Assembly (NCBI GenBank): GCA_018400355.1
Contig: JAGYMV010000001.1
Span: 1-34,564 of the forward strand
Reading direction: 5' to 3'
Length of the DNA: 34,564 bases
DNA from: Wenzhouxiangella sp.
Lineage (GTDB): Bacteria > Pseudomonadota > Gammaproteobacteria > Xanthomonadales > Wenzhouxiangellaceae
Shown here: one piece after another, positions 1 through 8,777 of the stretch
How the letters are laid out: each line of letters opens with the position of its first letter
Position numbering within the stretch: the stretch's first letter is position 1
Position numbers and translations under genes: made by a program
The notes under the pieces: model-generated
Seen by the model: only the letters and a program-made list of their open reading frames with translations
The model's database searches: none
What the model was told of the DNA's origin: nothing

Positions 1-249
1 TTGCGATTGCTCAATGTCTTGTCGAGTGATGACATTGGCTCTGGCCAGTGTGGTCTCAATGGACGCCGGCCGTCGTTTGGCGGTGACGATCATGTTTTCT
101 TTTGGATCAACGCCCAAGGCCGTTAACTCGGCATCGGTCATGGCATCGGTCATCACATCGGCCAAGCCATGGACTGGAAACATTACAAAAAGGGTTAGAG
201 AGCAAGCCAATGGAATGGCCACCCCCCAACAAGGATTGTGGTCGGACAT
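1..249 (-). CDS. btuB: TonB-dependent vitamin B12 receptor, N-terminal part (runs off the window's left edge)
   Basis: Not in the ORF track. Manual translation from ATG at 249 gives MSDHNPCWGVAIPLACSLTLFVMFPVHGLA (signal peptide) ...ENMIVTAKRRPASIETTLARANVITRQDIEQSQ, matching a BtuB-type TonB box and plug start. AGGAGA Shine-Dalgarno at 258-263; cobalamin riboswitch upstream. Confidence 0.88.
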   Translation of the reverse strand, partial: MSDHNPCWGVAIPLACSLTLFVMFPVHGLADVMTDAMTDAELTALGVDPKENMIVTAKRRPASIETTLARANVITRQDIEQSQ

Positions 250-419
250 GTTTGTTTTCTCCTCGCGCTCACCCGCGCTTTGGTTTTAGCCAAGACAGTG
301 AGGCGGTAGGAGAGATGATCAACGGCTTGCAGACCAGGGTGTGGGTCTTTATGTGACTCACGCGCCCATTCGCACCATTGACCGATGATTGCCCACCGCA
401 ACATCTGTCATTCAATGCG

Positions 420-630
420 ACAGGCCGGTCTCCTGGCTTCCGTCAGCGCATGGGCGCCGGGTTGATGCCTTCCCCAACAATTTCAATCGGGTGGCGTTGT
501 CTCAACCGCATCCCAGTTCTTAAAAATCATCCTAGACTGGAAACGACGGCTACAGTTGCGGGGGCAGCGTCGGATTCACACCGACTTCCCGTTTCACTCC
601 AGCCAAAAAATCATGACTTGGAGCACCTGT
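420..630 (-). ncRNA. Cobalamin (B12) riboswitch
   Basis: The minus strand reads AGGTGCT...GAAACGGGAAGTCGGTGTGAATCCGACGCTGCCCCCGCAACTGTA...GCCAC...GGGAAGGC...GAAGCCAGGAGACCGGCCTG, which carries the hallmark B12-element motifs. It lies upstream of a btuB-like gene. Confidence 0.95.
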
Positions 631-641
631 TGCAGATTGAG

Positions 642-650
642 ATTCTAGCA
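642..650 (-). promoter_or_regulatory. Extended -10 promoter (TGcTAGAAT) for the riboswitch-btuB transcript
   Basis: TGCTAGAAT on the minus strand, about 10 nt upstream of the riboswitch 5' end. Confidence 0.55.
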
Positions 651-771
651 GTAACTTGCGATGTGGTGTTGGCTCAAGTAGGCAATGGCTGCCAAGCAGC
701 CACATCTTGAGGGGCTGAGTGCTTCAGCAACGGCCCCAGAATATTGGCTTGTTTGCGGGGTGGCTGAAGCT

Positions 772-3255
772 TTAGGCGGCTTCTTGGGTTTTGCCTTCGC
801 GGATTTGGTCGCCCATGCGGGTCAAGCCCGCTTGCAGGGTGGCCAGATCAAAGTCATCGACGCTGACCACATCCAAGCTGCGACGACGGACATCGGCCAT
901 CAGGCTTGCTTCTTGTTCGGTCAAAATGCCTTTGGTGCGGGCGTGTTCGAGTTGTTCATCGAAGGTGTAGCCTTTGATCTCACCTTGTCTCAGCGCTTTG
1001 AGCAACTTCCGCTCAATCGGCTCACAGGCAATGACATCCGGCAGCAAGGCCTCGATCACACCCACCGCCTGGCCGGTTCGATCAGAGGTGTAGATGCCGC
1101 GGGTCAAGCGCTGGCGCGTTTCCGAGGGAGAGAGCATCAGTGCCGCCACTTTGTGACCCAAGCGGTCATTGGGTGCGCGTTCAACCCGGCCCAATGGGAA
1201 CACCACAAAGCGAAGGAACGGACGAACCCAGGTGATGGGGTAGTTATCGATCACACCCCGCATGGCGTGCTGGATTTTGTAGATGGCATCATGGAACGCC
1301 CAAGCCAGAATCGGCTGATCGGCTGCGGGTCGGTTGTCGTGCTCAAAGCGTCTGAGCATGGATGAGCAAATATAGAGCTGACCCAACACATCGGCAAGCC
1401 TACCCGAGATCTTTTCTTTTTGCTTGAGCTTGCCACCGTAGGTCAGCATGGTGATATCGGCCATGAAAGCAAACGCTGAGCTGTATCGGGAGAGTTTCCG
1501 ATAGTACTTCTTGGTCTTTCTATCACCAGGGACGGCTGCGAAGCCACCAAAGCTCAAGCCCAGCACCAGAGAGCGCGCGGCACAAGAAATGGAGTGGCCA
1601 ATGTGGGCAAACAACAAGCGATCAAAAGTGTTTAGGCGCTCTTGCTCGTTCTCAATTTCCAGCGACTGCATCTCTTTTAAGACATAAGGGTGGCAGCGAA
1701 TGGCCCCTTGACCAAAAATCATCATCGATCGGGTGAGGATGTTGGCACCTTCAACGGTGATCCAAATGGGCGCGCCTTGCCAAGCGCGGCCCAAATAATT
1801 TTTAGGGCCTAAGATGATGCCTTTGCCACCATGAACATCCATCGCATCTTTGATGATTTCACGGCTCATCTCAGTGGCTTGATACTTCGCAATGGCGCCA
1901 GGTACGGATGGCTTTTCACCCGCATCAACGGCGGTGGCTGTCTGACGAGACAAAGCAGAGATCGCGTAGGTGTAGCCAGCAATTCTGGCCAACGCTTCTT
2001 CAATGCCTTCAAAACGACCAATGGGCAAATTGAACTGCTTGCGAATGCGTGCATACGCTCCAGTGGTCAGTGCCGCCATCTTGGCACCACCCGTGGCCGA
2101 TGAGGGCAGCGAAATGGCGCGCCCCACCGACAAGGATTCCACGAGCATTTTCCAGCCTTGACCGGCGTACTCCGTCCCACCGAGTAAATAATCGATGGGA
2201 ATAAAGACATCTTCACCCCGAATGGGCCCATTGGGAAATGGGTTGTTGAGTGGGAAATGGCGTCGACCGATATCCACTCCGGGGGTGTCTGCGGGAATCA
2301 AGGCCAAGGTGATGCCGATGTCTTCTGTATCACCCAATAGGCTGTCGGGATCGTATAAGCGAAACGCCAAACCAACCACAGTCGCCACAGGCGCTAGCGT
2401 GATGTAGCGCTTCTCAAATGTGAGCCGAATCCCCAAAGTTTCTTTGCCTTGCCATTGCCCTTTGCAGACGATGCCATGATCGGCGATTGACGTGGCGTCT
2501 GAGCCAGCCGTGGTGCTGGTGAGCCCAAAGCAAGGCACTTCACGGCCATCGGCCAAGCGGGGGAGGTAATGGTCTTTTTGGTCGTCTCGGCCGTAATGCA
2601 ACAAGAGCTCCGCCGGCCCCAATGAGTTCGGGACGGCGATCACAGAACCCAAAGTCGAGCTCATGCCTGAGACTTTTTGTAGCACCGCACGGTGGGCGAC
2701 GGCTGAAAAGCCTAAGCCACCATAGGATTTGGGAATGATCATCCCAAAAAAGCCGTGCTTTTTGAGATGGGTCCAAACGGCTTCGGATAAGTTGGCGCGG
2801 TAATGGGTGGTCTCCCACTCATCGATCATGTCGCACAGTTGTTCAACGGGTCCATCCAAGAAGGCTTGTTCTTCGACGGTGAGCTCGCCCAGAGGTTGTT
2901 TGACGAATCGATCCCAATTCGGGTTGCCGCCAAACAACTCCCCCTCAAAACCCACGGTGCCGGCATCTAAAGCCACCCGCTCGGTTTCGGAGATCTGCGG
3001 CATCATTGCCTTGAAGGCTTTGAGGACAGGGGCGGTGAGAAATTCTCGACGCCAACCCAAGTGGTTTAAGGGGATGGCGACTGCGGCTAAGAGCAGCCAG
3101 GCCAGTACCAATGAGATGGGTCCAGGCTCGCCCATCAATGTGAATCCGATCAACACCAGTGCCACTGTGGCGGTCCAGACTGGGATGCTTAGTTTGAAAA
3201 AGGCGCATCCGATGAGTGTGGCCAGCAGGGCAAGGGTGAAGATCAGAAACATCAT
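772..3255 (-). CDS. fadE: Acyl-CoA dehydrogenase FadE (membrane-anchored long form)
   Basis: 827 aa with N-terminal TM helices. Motifs FGMIIPKSYGGLGFS, VPNSLGPAELLLHYG, PCFGLT...GSDA, KRYITLAPVAT, ITVEGANILTR, and a DUF1974-like C-terminus. Confidence 0.95.
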   Translation of the reverse strand: MMFLIFTLALLATLIGCAFFKLSIPVWTATVALVLIGFTLMGEPGPISLVLAWLLLAAVAIPLNHLGWRREFLTAPVLKAFKAMMPQISETERVALDAGTVGFEGELFGGNPNWDRFVKQPLGELTVEEQAFLDGPVEQLCDMIDEWETTHYRANLSEAVWTHLKKHGFFGMIIPKSYGGLGFSAVAHRAVLQKVSGMSSTLGSVIAVPNSLGPAELLLHYGRDDQKDHYLPRLADGREVPCFGLTSTTAGSDATSIADHGIVCKGQWQGKETLGIRLTFEKRYITLAPVATVVGLAFRLYDPDSLLGDTEDIGITLALIPADTPGVDIGRRHFPLNNPFPNGPIRGEDVFIPIDYLLGGTEYAGQGWKMLVESLSVGRAISLPSSATGGAKMAALTTGAYARIRKQFNLPIGRFEGIEEALARIAGYTYAISALSRQTATAVDAGEKPSVPGAIAKYQATEMSREIIKDAMDVHGGKGIILGPKNYLGRAWQGAPIWITVEGANILTRSMMIFGQGAIRCHPYVLKEMQSLEIENEQERLNTFDRLLFAHIGHSISCAARSLVLGLSFGGFAAVPGDRKTKKYYRKLSRYSSAFAFMADITMLTYGGKLKQKEKISGRLADVLGQLYICSSMLRRFEHDNRPAADQPILAWAFHDAIYKIQHAMRGVIDNYPITWVRPFLRFVVFPLGRVERAPNDRLGHKVAALMLSPSETRQRLTRGIYTSDRTGQAVGVIEALLPDVIACEPIERKLLKALRQGEIKGYTFDEQLEHARTKGILTEQEASLMADVRRRSLDVVSVDDFDLATLQAGLTRMGDQIREGKTQEAA

Positions 3256-4145
3256 GGCGTGTCGTCTCCTGGACTATCGCGGTGTGTGTTTAAAAATGGC
3301 GTGATGGCTGAAATGAACTGATCGTTGGCGTCGCCTGCGACCATGTGTCCAGCGCCAGCCACCTCTGCTTTCTCAGCATGCGGAGCAAGTTTTAAGAACT
3401 CATCGACGTGCTCGGCACCAATCATGTCGCTTTGGCCACCAGCGATCAGCAAGGTCGGAATCCGCAAACGGCGACTGGCTGACTGGAGCCTAGATTGCAG
3501 GTTCGCGCTTTTTTCAGCCAAGGCCAGCATCGCTGGGTCCCAGTGCCAGTACCAACGGCCATCGCTGGCTTGACGCAGGTTCTGACTGAGTTTGATGGGG
3601 TTGGTTGGCTTGCCCCGGCGTCTGTGGGGCAAAAAGGCGCGAATGGACTCTGAGGCCTCCTCAAGGGAAGCAAACCCCTCAGGGTGCTGGCGCATGAAGG
3701 CGAGCATCGCCGTCACACCTCTCTCATCCCAGCGTGGGGCAATGTCCACCAACACCATGGCTTTCAGATCTACCTTAGGCTTTTCTGAGTGCGCCAACAG
3801 CGCGGTCAGCCCGCCCATTGAGGCCCCAATGACCATTGGGGTGTTGGGCAAAGAGGCACACACGCGGCGGAAATCTTCCACAAATTGCTCGAAATCGTAT
3901 TCTCCGGAGGGTGCGCGGTCGCTTTCACCGTGGCCCCGAGCGTCATAACTGACGGCCTGGTAGCCCATTTGGGCCAATTGCCAACCGGTGTTTTCCCATG
4001 CGTACTGGGTTTGCCCAAAACCATGGGCCATGAGCACGCAGGGTGCGCGGTCGTCCCCAAAGTAGCGGAGGCTTAAGCGAATGCCGTCATCGGTCCAGAT
4101 TTGGCGGCGGCGGATGTCATCGTTGAGTTTACGGGCAGCTTCCAT
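3252..4145 (-). CDS. Alpha/beta-fold hydrolase (MhpC-like) co-transcribed with fadE
   Basis: HGFGQ oxyanion motif, DARGHGES, GASMGG nucleophile elbow and GAGHMVAGD catalytic His. Overlaps the fadE start by 4 nt. Confidence 0.9.
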   Translation of the reverse strand: MEAARKLNDDIRRRQIWTDDGIRLSLRYFGDDRAPCVLMAHGFGQTQYAWENTGWQLAQMGYQAVSYDARGHGESDRAPSGEYDFEQFVEDFRRVCASLPNTPMVIGASMGGLTALLAHSEKPKVDLKAMVLVDIAPRWDERGVTAMLAFMRQHPEGFASLEEASESIRAFLPHRRRGKPTNPIKLSQNLRQASDGRWYWHWDPAMLALAEKSANLQSRLQSASRRLRIPTLLIAGGQSDMIGAEHVDEFLKLAPHAEKAEVAGAGHMVAGDANDQFISAITPFLNTHRDSPGDDTP

Positions 4146-4181
4146 ACGGTAGAGTATGTCCCTAGCAGTGATTTAAGTCAA
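4143..4181 (-). promoter_or_regulatory. Sigma70 promoter TTGACT-N17-CATACT with an overlapping CATAC-N6-GTATG palindrome (putative TetR operator)
   Basis: -35 at 4176-4181 and -10 at 4153-4158, 7 nt from the ATG at 4145. The inverted repeat at 4143-4158 spans the -10 and the start codon. Confidence 0.7.
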
Positions 4182-4255
4182 TAATTCGGTCTAAAGGGTT
4201 ATATTGGTACTGTGACCTGCGTTTTAAACCGAGGGTTCAATATTTTAGGAGCATC

Positions 4256-4867
4256 ATGTCCGCACGTCCAGAAGCCATTGTTGAGAAAGCCTCGCTGACC
4301 CCGAAAGATTGGGAGCAAGCAGCACTTGAGTTGATTGCAGAAAAAGGCATCGGTGGGTTGGCTGTTGAGCCACTCGCGCGTCGCTTAGGCATCACCAAAG
4401 GCAGCTTTTACTGGCATTTTCCCGGACGTAACGAGCTTTTAGAAGCAGCTTTGCTGCGTTGGGAGCAACAAGACCAGGCCAACCTCGAAAAGTCGCTGAA
4501 AATGAAGGACCAGCCGCTGGCGCGTTTGGAAAACTTCATTTGGCGGACCACGCAGCAGACCCTCACCCACCAAATCCACCTGGCCATGTGTGCCGCGAGA
4601 GAACATGAGGTGATTCGGCCCGTGTTGCAACGCGTGACCAACCGACGCATTGCCTTTTTGGCCCATGCCATCGCCGAGCTCGGCTTCGAGGAAAGCGCCG
4701 CCAATCAGCGGGCCATGCTCCTCTATTCGGCTTATGTTGGGTATTTGCATCTGCAGTCGCACCATTTGGTGCCCGAATCCGGGGACCCGCGGTTTGATGA
4801 GTACGTCAGGCACGTCATTGACAGCCTGATTGCATCGATCGGTGAGCCTGGCTCAGCCGGTCGTTAA
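4256..4867 (+). CDS. TetR/AcrR-family transcriptional regulator (likely fatty-acid responsive)
   Basis: N-terminal HTH LAVEPLARRLGITKGSFYWHF. Divergent from the hydrolase-fadE operon; AGGAG RBS. Confidence 0.92.
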   Translation: MSARPEAIVEKASLTPKDWEQAALELIAEKGIGGLAVEPLARRLGITKGSFYWHFPGRNELLEAALLRWEQQDQANLEKSLKMKDQPLARLENFIWRTTQQTLTHQIHLAMCAAREHEVIRPVLQRVTNRRIAFLAHAIAELGFEESAANQRAMLLYSAYVGYLHLQSHHLVPESGDPRFDEYVRHVIDSLIASIGEPGSAGR

Positions 4868-5920
4868 ATACTCTTCTGACTGCATTTCAATCAAGCGAGA
4901 GGCGGTTCGCTCAAAACTCTGGCTCAATCGCGTGCCTTGGTAGAGCGCTTCGGGTCGCGTGGCCGCTGAGACGATCAGCTTGCGGCGCTGGTCATAGGCC
5001 TCATCGACCAGGTGAATGAAGCGCTTGGCCGCGTCATTGTCATCGACCATCATGATCGGCACCTCGCTGATCATCAGCGTCTCAAAGCGGTTGACCAGTT
5101 CGATGTAGTCGAGACTCGAACGCGTTGTCCGACAGATCTCATCAAAGTCAAACCACACCACCGATTGCGATAGGCCTTTGGCTTTCATGTCACGGCCTTT
5201 AACCGTGAGCACACCGGTGCTTGCAGTGGTGCCAGAAAGCGTGGCAAAGCGCTCTTGCATGCGCGCGTTCGTCGTTTCATCCAGCGGGAAAAAGTAGGTG
5301 GGTGCTTTGGTCAGCGCCCGCAAACGATGGTCGGCTTGTCCATTGAGCTCGATCAATTGGGTGTGCGCTTTGATCTGCTCGATGGCGGGTAAAAATCGCG
5401 CCCGCTGCAAGCCATCGGCGTAGAGTTCATCGGGTGGGGTGTTGGATGTGGCCACCAGCATCACGTCTTTTGCAAACAAAGCACGCAAAAGCTCGCCCAA
5501 GAGCATGGCATCCCCGATGTCTTCGACATGAAACTCATCAAAGCACAGCACCCGATGGGATGCAGCGATTTGGGTGGCAATCCGCTCGAGTGGGTTGGCT
5601 TGACCTTTGAGGGCACGCAGTTGGTCTGAGATATCGGCCATGAATGCATGGAAATGCCGTCGGATGGTGGGGATGTGTTCTGCCTCGAGGGCTTCAACAA
5701 ACAGATCCATCAATAGGGTTTTGCCACGACCAACGGGCCCAACCAGATAAAGGCCTTTGGGTAGGTCGGGGACAGACGACCACCACCAGCGTTTGTTTTT
5801 TCGTTTTTTGAGTGCTTGGAAGTTTTTTTCTAGCGCGTGGATGGCGTGTGTTTGTGCCGGGTCTTTGACGAGTCCGCCATCGGCCATGCGCTGCTCATAG
5901 AGGGCCAGTGGTCCTGGCAT
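4853..5920 (-). CDS. zapE: Cell division ATPase ZapE (AFG1 family)
   Basis: Walker A GPVGRGKT, RRHFHAFM, Walker B LCFDEF, TSN..P..LY.DGLQR, F.RTASRLIEMQ. Confidence 0.93.
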   Translation of the reverse strand: MPGPLALYEQRMADGGLVKDPAQTHAIHALEKNFQALKKRKNKRWWWSSVPDLPKGLYLVGPVGRGKTLLMDLFVEALEAEHIPTIRRHFHAFMADISDQLRALKGQANPLERIATQIAASHRVLCFDEFHVEDIGDAMLLGELLRALFAKDVMLVATSNTPPDELYADGLQRARFLPAIEQIKAHTQLIELNGQADHRLRALTKAPTYFFPLDETTNARMQERFATLSGTTASTGVLTVKGRDMKAKGLSQSVVWFDFDEICRTTRSSLDYIELVNRFETLMISEVPIMMVDDNDAAKRFIHLVDEAYDQRRKLIVSAATRPEALYQGTRLSQSFERTASRLIEMQSEEYLTTG

Positions 5921-5925
5921 TGTGG

Positions 5926-6588
5926 CTAGGGCAAGTTGCCTTGGACGTGATTTTTGATCAGACCCCTAAGGTCCATCAATCGCCGATGAAAAAAGTGTCC
6001 CGCGCCCTCCATCATCACCAATTCGGGTGCTGGCGAACAGGCCTCGGCCCACTGTTTCACGCTTTCAGCAGAAACCACCTCGTCTTCGTCGCCTTGGACC
6101 ACCAGCCATGGGCAATTGGGTGGCGTTAGTGTGGCCATGTCGTAGCGATCAGCTGGTGGTGCAATGCTTAAAAGCTGCTGAATTGGGAACTCTGGCGCGA
6201 CTTTCAGCGAAATGTAGGCACCAAACGAGAAGCCACCCAGCCACAAAGCATCGGTGGGGCGTGTCGCTTGAACCCAGCCGATGACGGCACGGAGATCGTC
6301 GGCTTCGCCCACGCCTTCGTCATAGCTGCCCTCACTCTCGCCGACGCCTCGAAAATTAAAGCGCACGGTCGCAAGCCCCATCTCTCGGCAAGCGCGTTCC
6401 AAAATGGTGACCACTTTGTTGCGCATGGTGCCGCCATGCTCTGGGTGGGGATGACACAGCACAGCGCATCCGGGTCTGGCCAGATCAGGCTCGGGCAGAT
6501 CAGCCAAGCATTCAATCAGGCCAGCGGGCCCCGTGAGCTGGAAGGCACCAGCCTCTGTCGGAAACACCACGGGGTCTTTGGCAGACAT
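5926..6588 (-). CDS. Alpha/beta hydrolase (small CHPHP-type family)
   Basis: CHPHPEHGGTMRNKVV, RFNFRGVGES, GFSFG nucleophile, GDEDEVV, GHFFH. Confidence 0.9.
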   Translation of the reverse strand: MSAKDPVVFPTEAGAFQLTGPAGLIECLADLPEPDLARPGCAVLCHPHPEHGGTMRNKVVTILERACREMGLATVRFNFRGVGESEGSYDEGVGEADDLRAVIGWVQATRPTDALWLGGFSFGAYISLKVAPEFPIQQLLSIAPPADRYDMATLTPPNCPWLVVQGDEDEVVSAESVKQWAEACSPAPELVMMEGAGHFFHRRLMDLRGLIKNHVQGNLP

Positions 6589-6590
6589 GA

Positions 6591-7097
6591 TTAAGGGTTG
6601 ATCATGTCCAACATGTAGGTGACCGAGGCCGCCACTTGCTCATCGCTCAAATCAGCGCGTCCCCCGCGAGCGGGCATGGCACCGATGCCGTTGATCGCAT
6701 TGCTGATCAGCATCTCTGTGCCTTTGTCGAGCCGGCCACTCCAAGCGCTCGCCACCATTTCTGGTGCGCCAGCCACGCCGTTGGCGTGACAGGTCGAGCA
6801 AGCGTTTTCATAAATCATTGCCCCATCGAGCGAGCCGTCAAAGGCCAAAGCGGGTGCCGCGGGTGCCGCGGCTTCGGCCGCAGCCAACGCTGCAGCGCGG
6901 CCAGTTTCTCCAGCATACACACCGGCCACTGGTGCTAGGCGATCGAGCTTGGCCTGGGTTCTGGCTGGGTTGTATTGCGGCTCTAATTGGCCATGCAATA
7001 CCCACGCCAACGCCATGATGATGATGGTGAAGACCCCAAGGCCTGCCAACACCATCCCAAACTGTTTGATAAACGCTTTATCCGACTCTGCAGACAC
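6591..7097 (-). CDS. Cytochrome c5-family protein (membrane-anchored monoheme)
   Basis: N-terminal TM helix, CSTCH heme motif, GVAGAP and MPARGG (axial Met). GTG start with GAGG RBS. Confidence 0.92.
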   Translation of the reverse strand: MSAESDKAFIKQFGMVLAGLGVFTIIIMALAWVLHGQLEPQYNPARTQAKLDRLAPVAGVYAGETGRAAALAAAEAAAPAAPALAFDGSLDGAMIYENACSTCHANGVAGAPEMVASAWSGRLDKGTEMLISNAINGIGAMPARGGRADLSDEQVAASVTYMLDMINP

Positions 7098-7140
7098 GTC
7101 TATGAATCCTCACATCCATGATTGAAGCCCCAATTATATC

Positions 7141-8481
7141 TCAGGCACGACGGGCTCGGCTCAAAGCCGATCGATCTCTCAGATAATCTTTCAGATTGAG
7201 CGCCCAGTAGGTCCCTTGCGCCCAAGCCCGACCCACCGGGCCACCCGCCCAAACCGGTTGCCATTGTTTAAACAATGCCAAGCGTTCCGGCGTGCCGGTG
7301 AGCGCTTCGGCAATGACCTCTCCCGCCATCGTGGTGGGCGCCATGCCATGTCCACCAAAACCTGTGGCGTGCCACAAACCCGAGCTGTCTTGACCAATCA
7401 GGGGCATTTGATGGCGTGTGTAACCCATCCAGCCACCCCAAGCGTGATCAAATTCCACATCGGCCAAATCGGGAAAGACTTTGATCAGGTCTTTTTTCAA
7501 CACCGCACGAATCGCCTCGGGCGAGCGTGCTTTGATTGAGATCCGCCCGCCCCAGAGAAGTCGGGTATCGGGCAGGGGCCGGTAATAGTCAAAGGCAAAG
7601 CGTGTGTCATAAATCGCGTGCCCTCGTGGGATGAGGTGTCCCATCTGCTCGCCCAAGGGGGGTGTGGTGGCCACATAGGTGGCAATGGGTTGAATCGATC
7701 GGCCCAATTTGGGCCACAAACGGGTGTCATAGCCACCGGTGGTGAGGATGACTTGGTCAGCGATAATTTTCGCATCACCGGTGTCCAGTGACCAAGACCC
7801 TCCCTGTGATTTTGGGTTGGTCTCGAGTTTGGTGACGGGGCAGTTGCCGTAGATCGTGACCCCATGACCTTGCAACGCTTTGACCAGGCCGTTGACATAC
7901 CTCAATGGATTGAAATGAAAGCTGCCGGGTTCATGCAGCGCGCTGCCATAGCGCTCAGAGTGAATATATTGAGCGCATTTTTCAGCCCCCACCCAATCAA
8001 GGGAGAAGCCCAATTGCTCTGACATGGTGTCGGCAAAGGCCTTGAGAGCTGCATCGTCATGAAACCAATCGGCGAGCAAAACGCCCGCATCATTGGGCTG
8101 GCAATCGATGGCCAGGTGGTCGATTCGGTGACGCACCAAAGACACCGCCTCGCGGGTCCAACGGTGGAGCTCTCTGGCCGCTTCTGGTCCGGCTTGCTCG
8201 AATAATTTTTGATTGGGGAGCGAATAGCCGGCGAACACAAACCCGCCATTGCGGCCGGATGCGCCATCACCGGGCTGGCCAGCTTCACAAATGGCAATGT
8301 CCTCCACACCTCTTTCAACCAAGCTCCAAGCGGTGCTGAGTCCGGCCAGTCCACCACCAATGATGACGATTTGGTGTCGGTTGGCGCCTTGGGCTGGAAA
8401 GCAATGCGCCCGCTCATCACCCAGCGCTGTTTGATAGTGGCTGAATCCAGGCCAAGCACTAGAGATGGCATCAGAGGTCAT
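7141..8481 (-). CDS. FAD-dependent oxidoreductase, DAO/PuuB (gamma-glutamylputrescine oxidase-like) family
   Basis: IIGGGLAGL Rossmann motif, GASGRNGGF, DYYR...LLWGG, GFGGHG. Start moved to ATG 8481, which has an AAAGGA RBS. Confidence 0.88.
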   Translation of the reverse strand: MTSDAISSAWPGFSHYQTALGDERAHCFPAQGANRHQIVIIGGGLAGLSTAWSLVERGVEDIAICEAGQPGDGASGRNGGFVFAGYSLPNQKLFEQAGPEAARELHRWTREAVSLVRHRIDHLAIDCQPNDAGVLLADWFHDDAALKAFADTMSEQLGFSLDWVGAEKCAQYIHSERYGSALHEPGSFHFNPLRYVNGLVKALQGHGVTIYGNCPVTKLETNPKSQGGSWSLDTGDAKIIADQVILTTGGYDTRLWPKLGRSIQPIATYVATTPPLGEQMGHLIPRGHAIYDTRFAFDYYRPLPDTRLLWGGRISIKARSPEAIRAVLKKDLIKVFPDLADVEFDHAWGGWMGYTRHQMPLIGQDSSGLWHATGFGGHGMAPTTMAGEVIAEALTGTPERLALFKQWQPVWAGGPVGRAWAQGTYWALNLKDYLRDRSALSRARRA

Positions 8482-8520
8482 TGGCGTCCTTTTATTTGTT
8501 TTAATTAGGCTTGGTCCATG

Positions 8521-8535
8521 GCAAATATGGAACCA
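8521..8535 (-). promoter_or_regulatory. Putative sigma54 (-24/-12) promoter
   Basis: Minus strand TGGTTCCATATTTGC has exact GG-N10-GC spacing, about 40 nt upstream of the oxidoreductase ATG. Confidence 0.45.
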
Positions 8536-8777
8536 CACAATGGAGGCAGATACAAATGACGGTAATCCGCTCATGTTGCATGATCAACCCAATGTTGCAT
8601 GCCTCACCTCGATCTCGCGTGAGGCATTTGCAAGAGATGGCCGATTTGACGAGATTTTAGCCACCACCTGAAGGCTCAATTTTGATCAGGAGGGTGTGTG
8701 CTTTATAGCCGATAAGTACCTCGGACCCCAGTGCAGATCTTATACTCTACAGATTGTCGATTTGGAGGGCACGTCAA

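Noticed and set aside
130-153. 12-bp tandem repeat GGCATCGGTCAT x2 in btuB (MTDA-MTDA)
   Set aside because: In-frame micro-duplication in the variable linker after the signal peptide; no sign of phase variation or function.
685-1365. 226-aa plus-strand ORF and the many other antisense ORFs in the track
   Set aside because: They are shadows of well-supported genes on the opposite strand and have no recognisable motifs or RBS.
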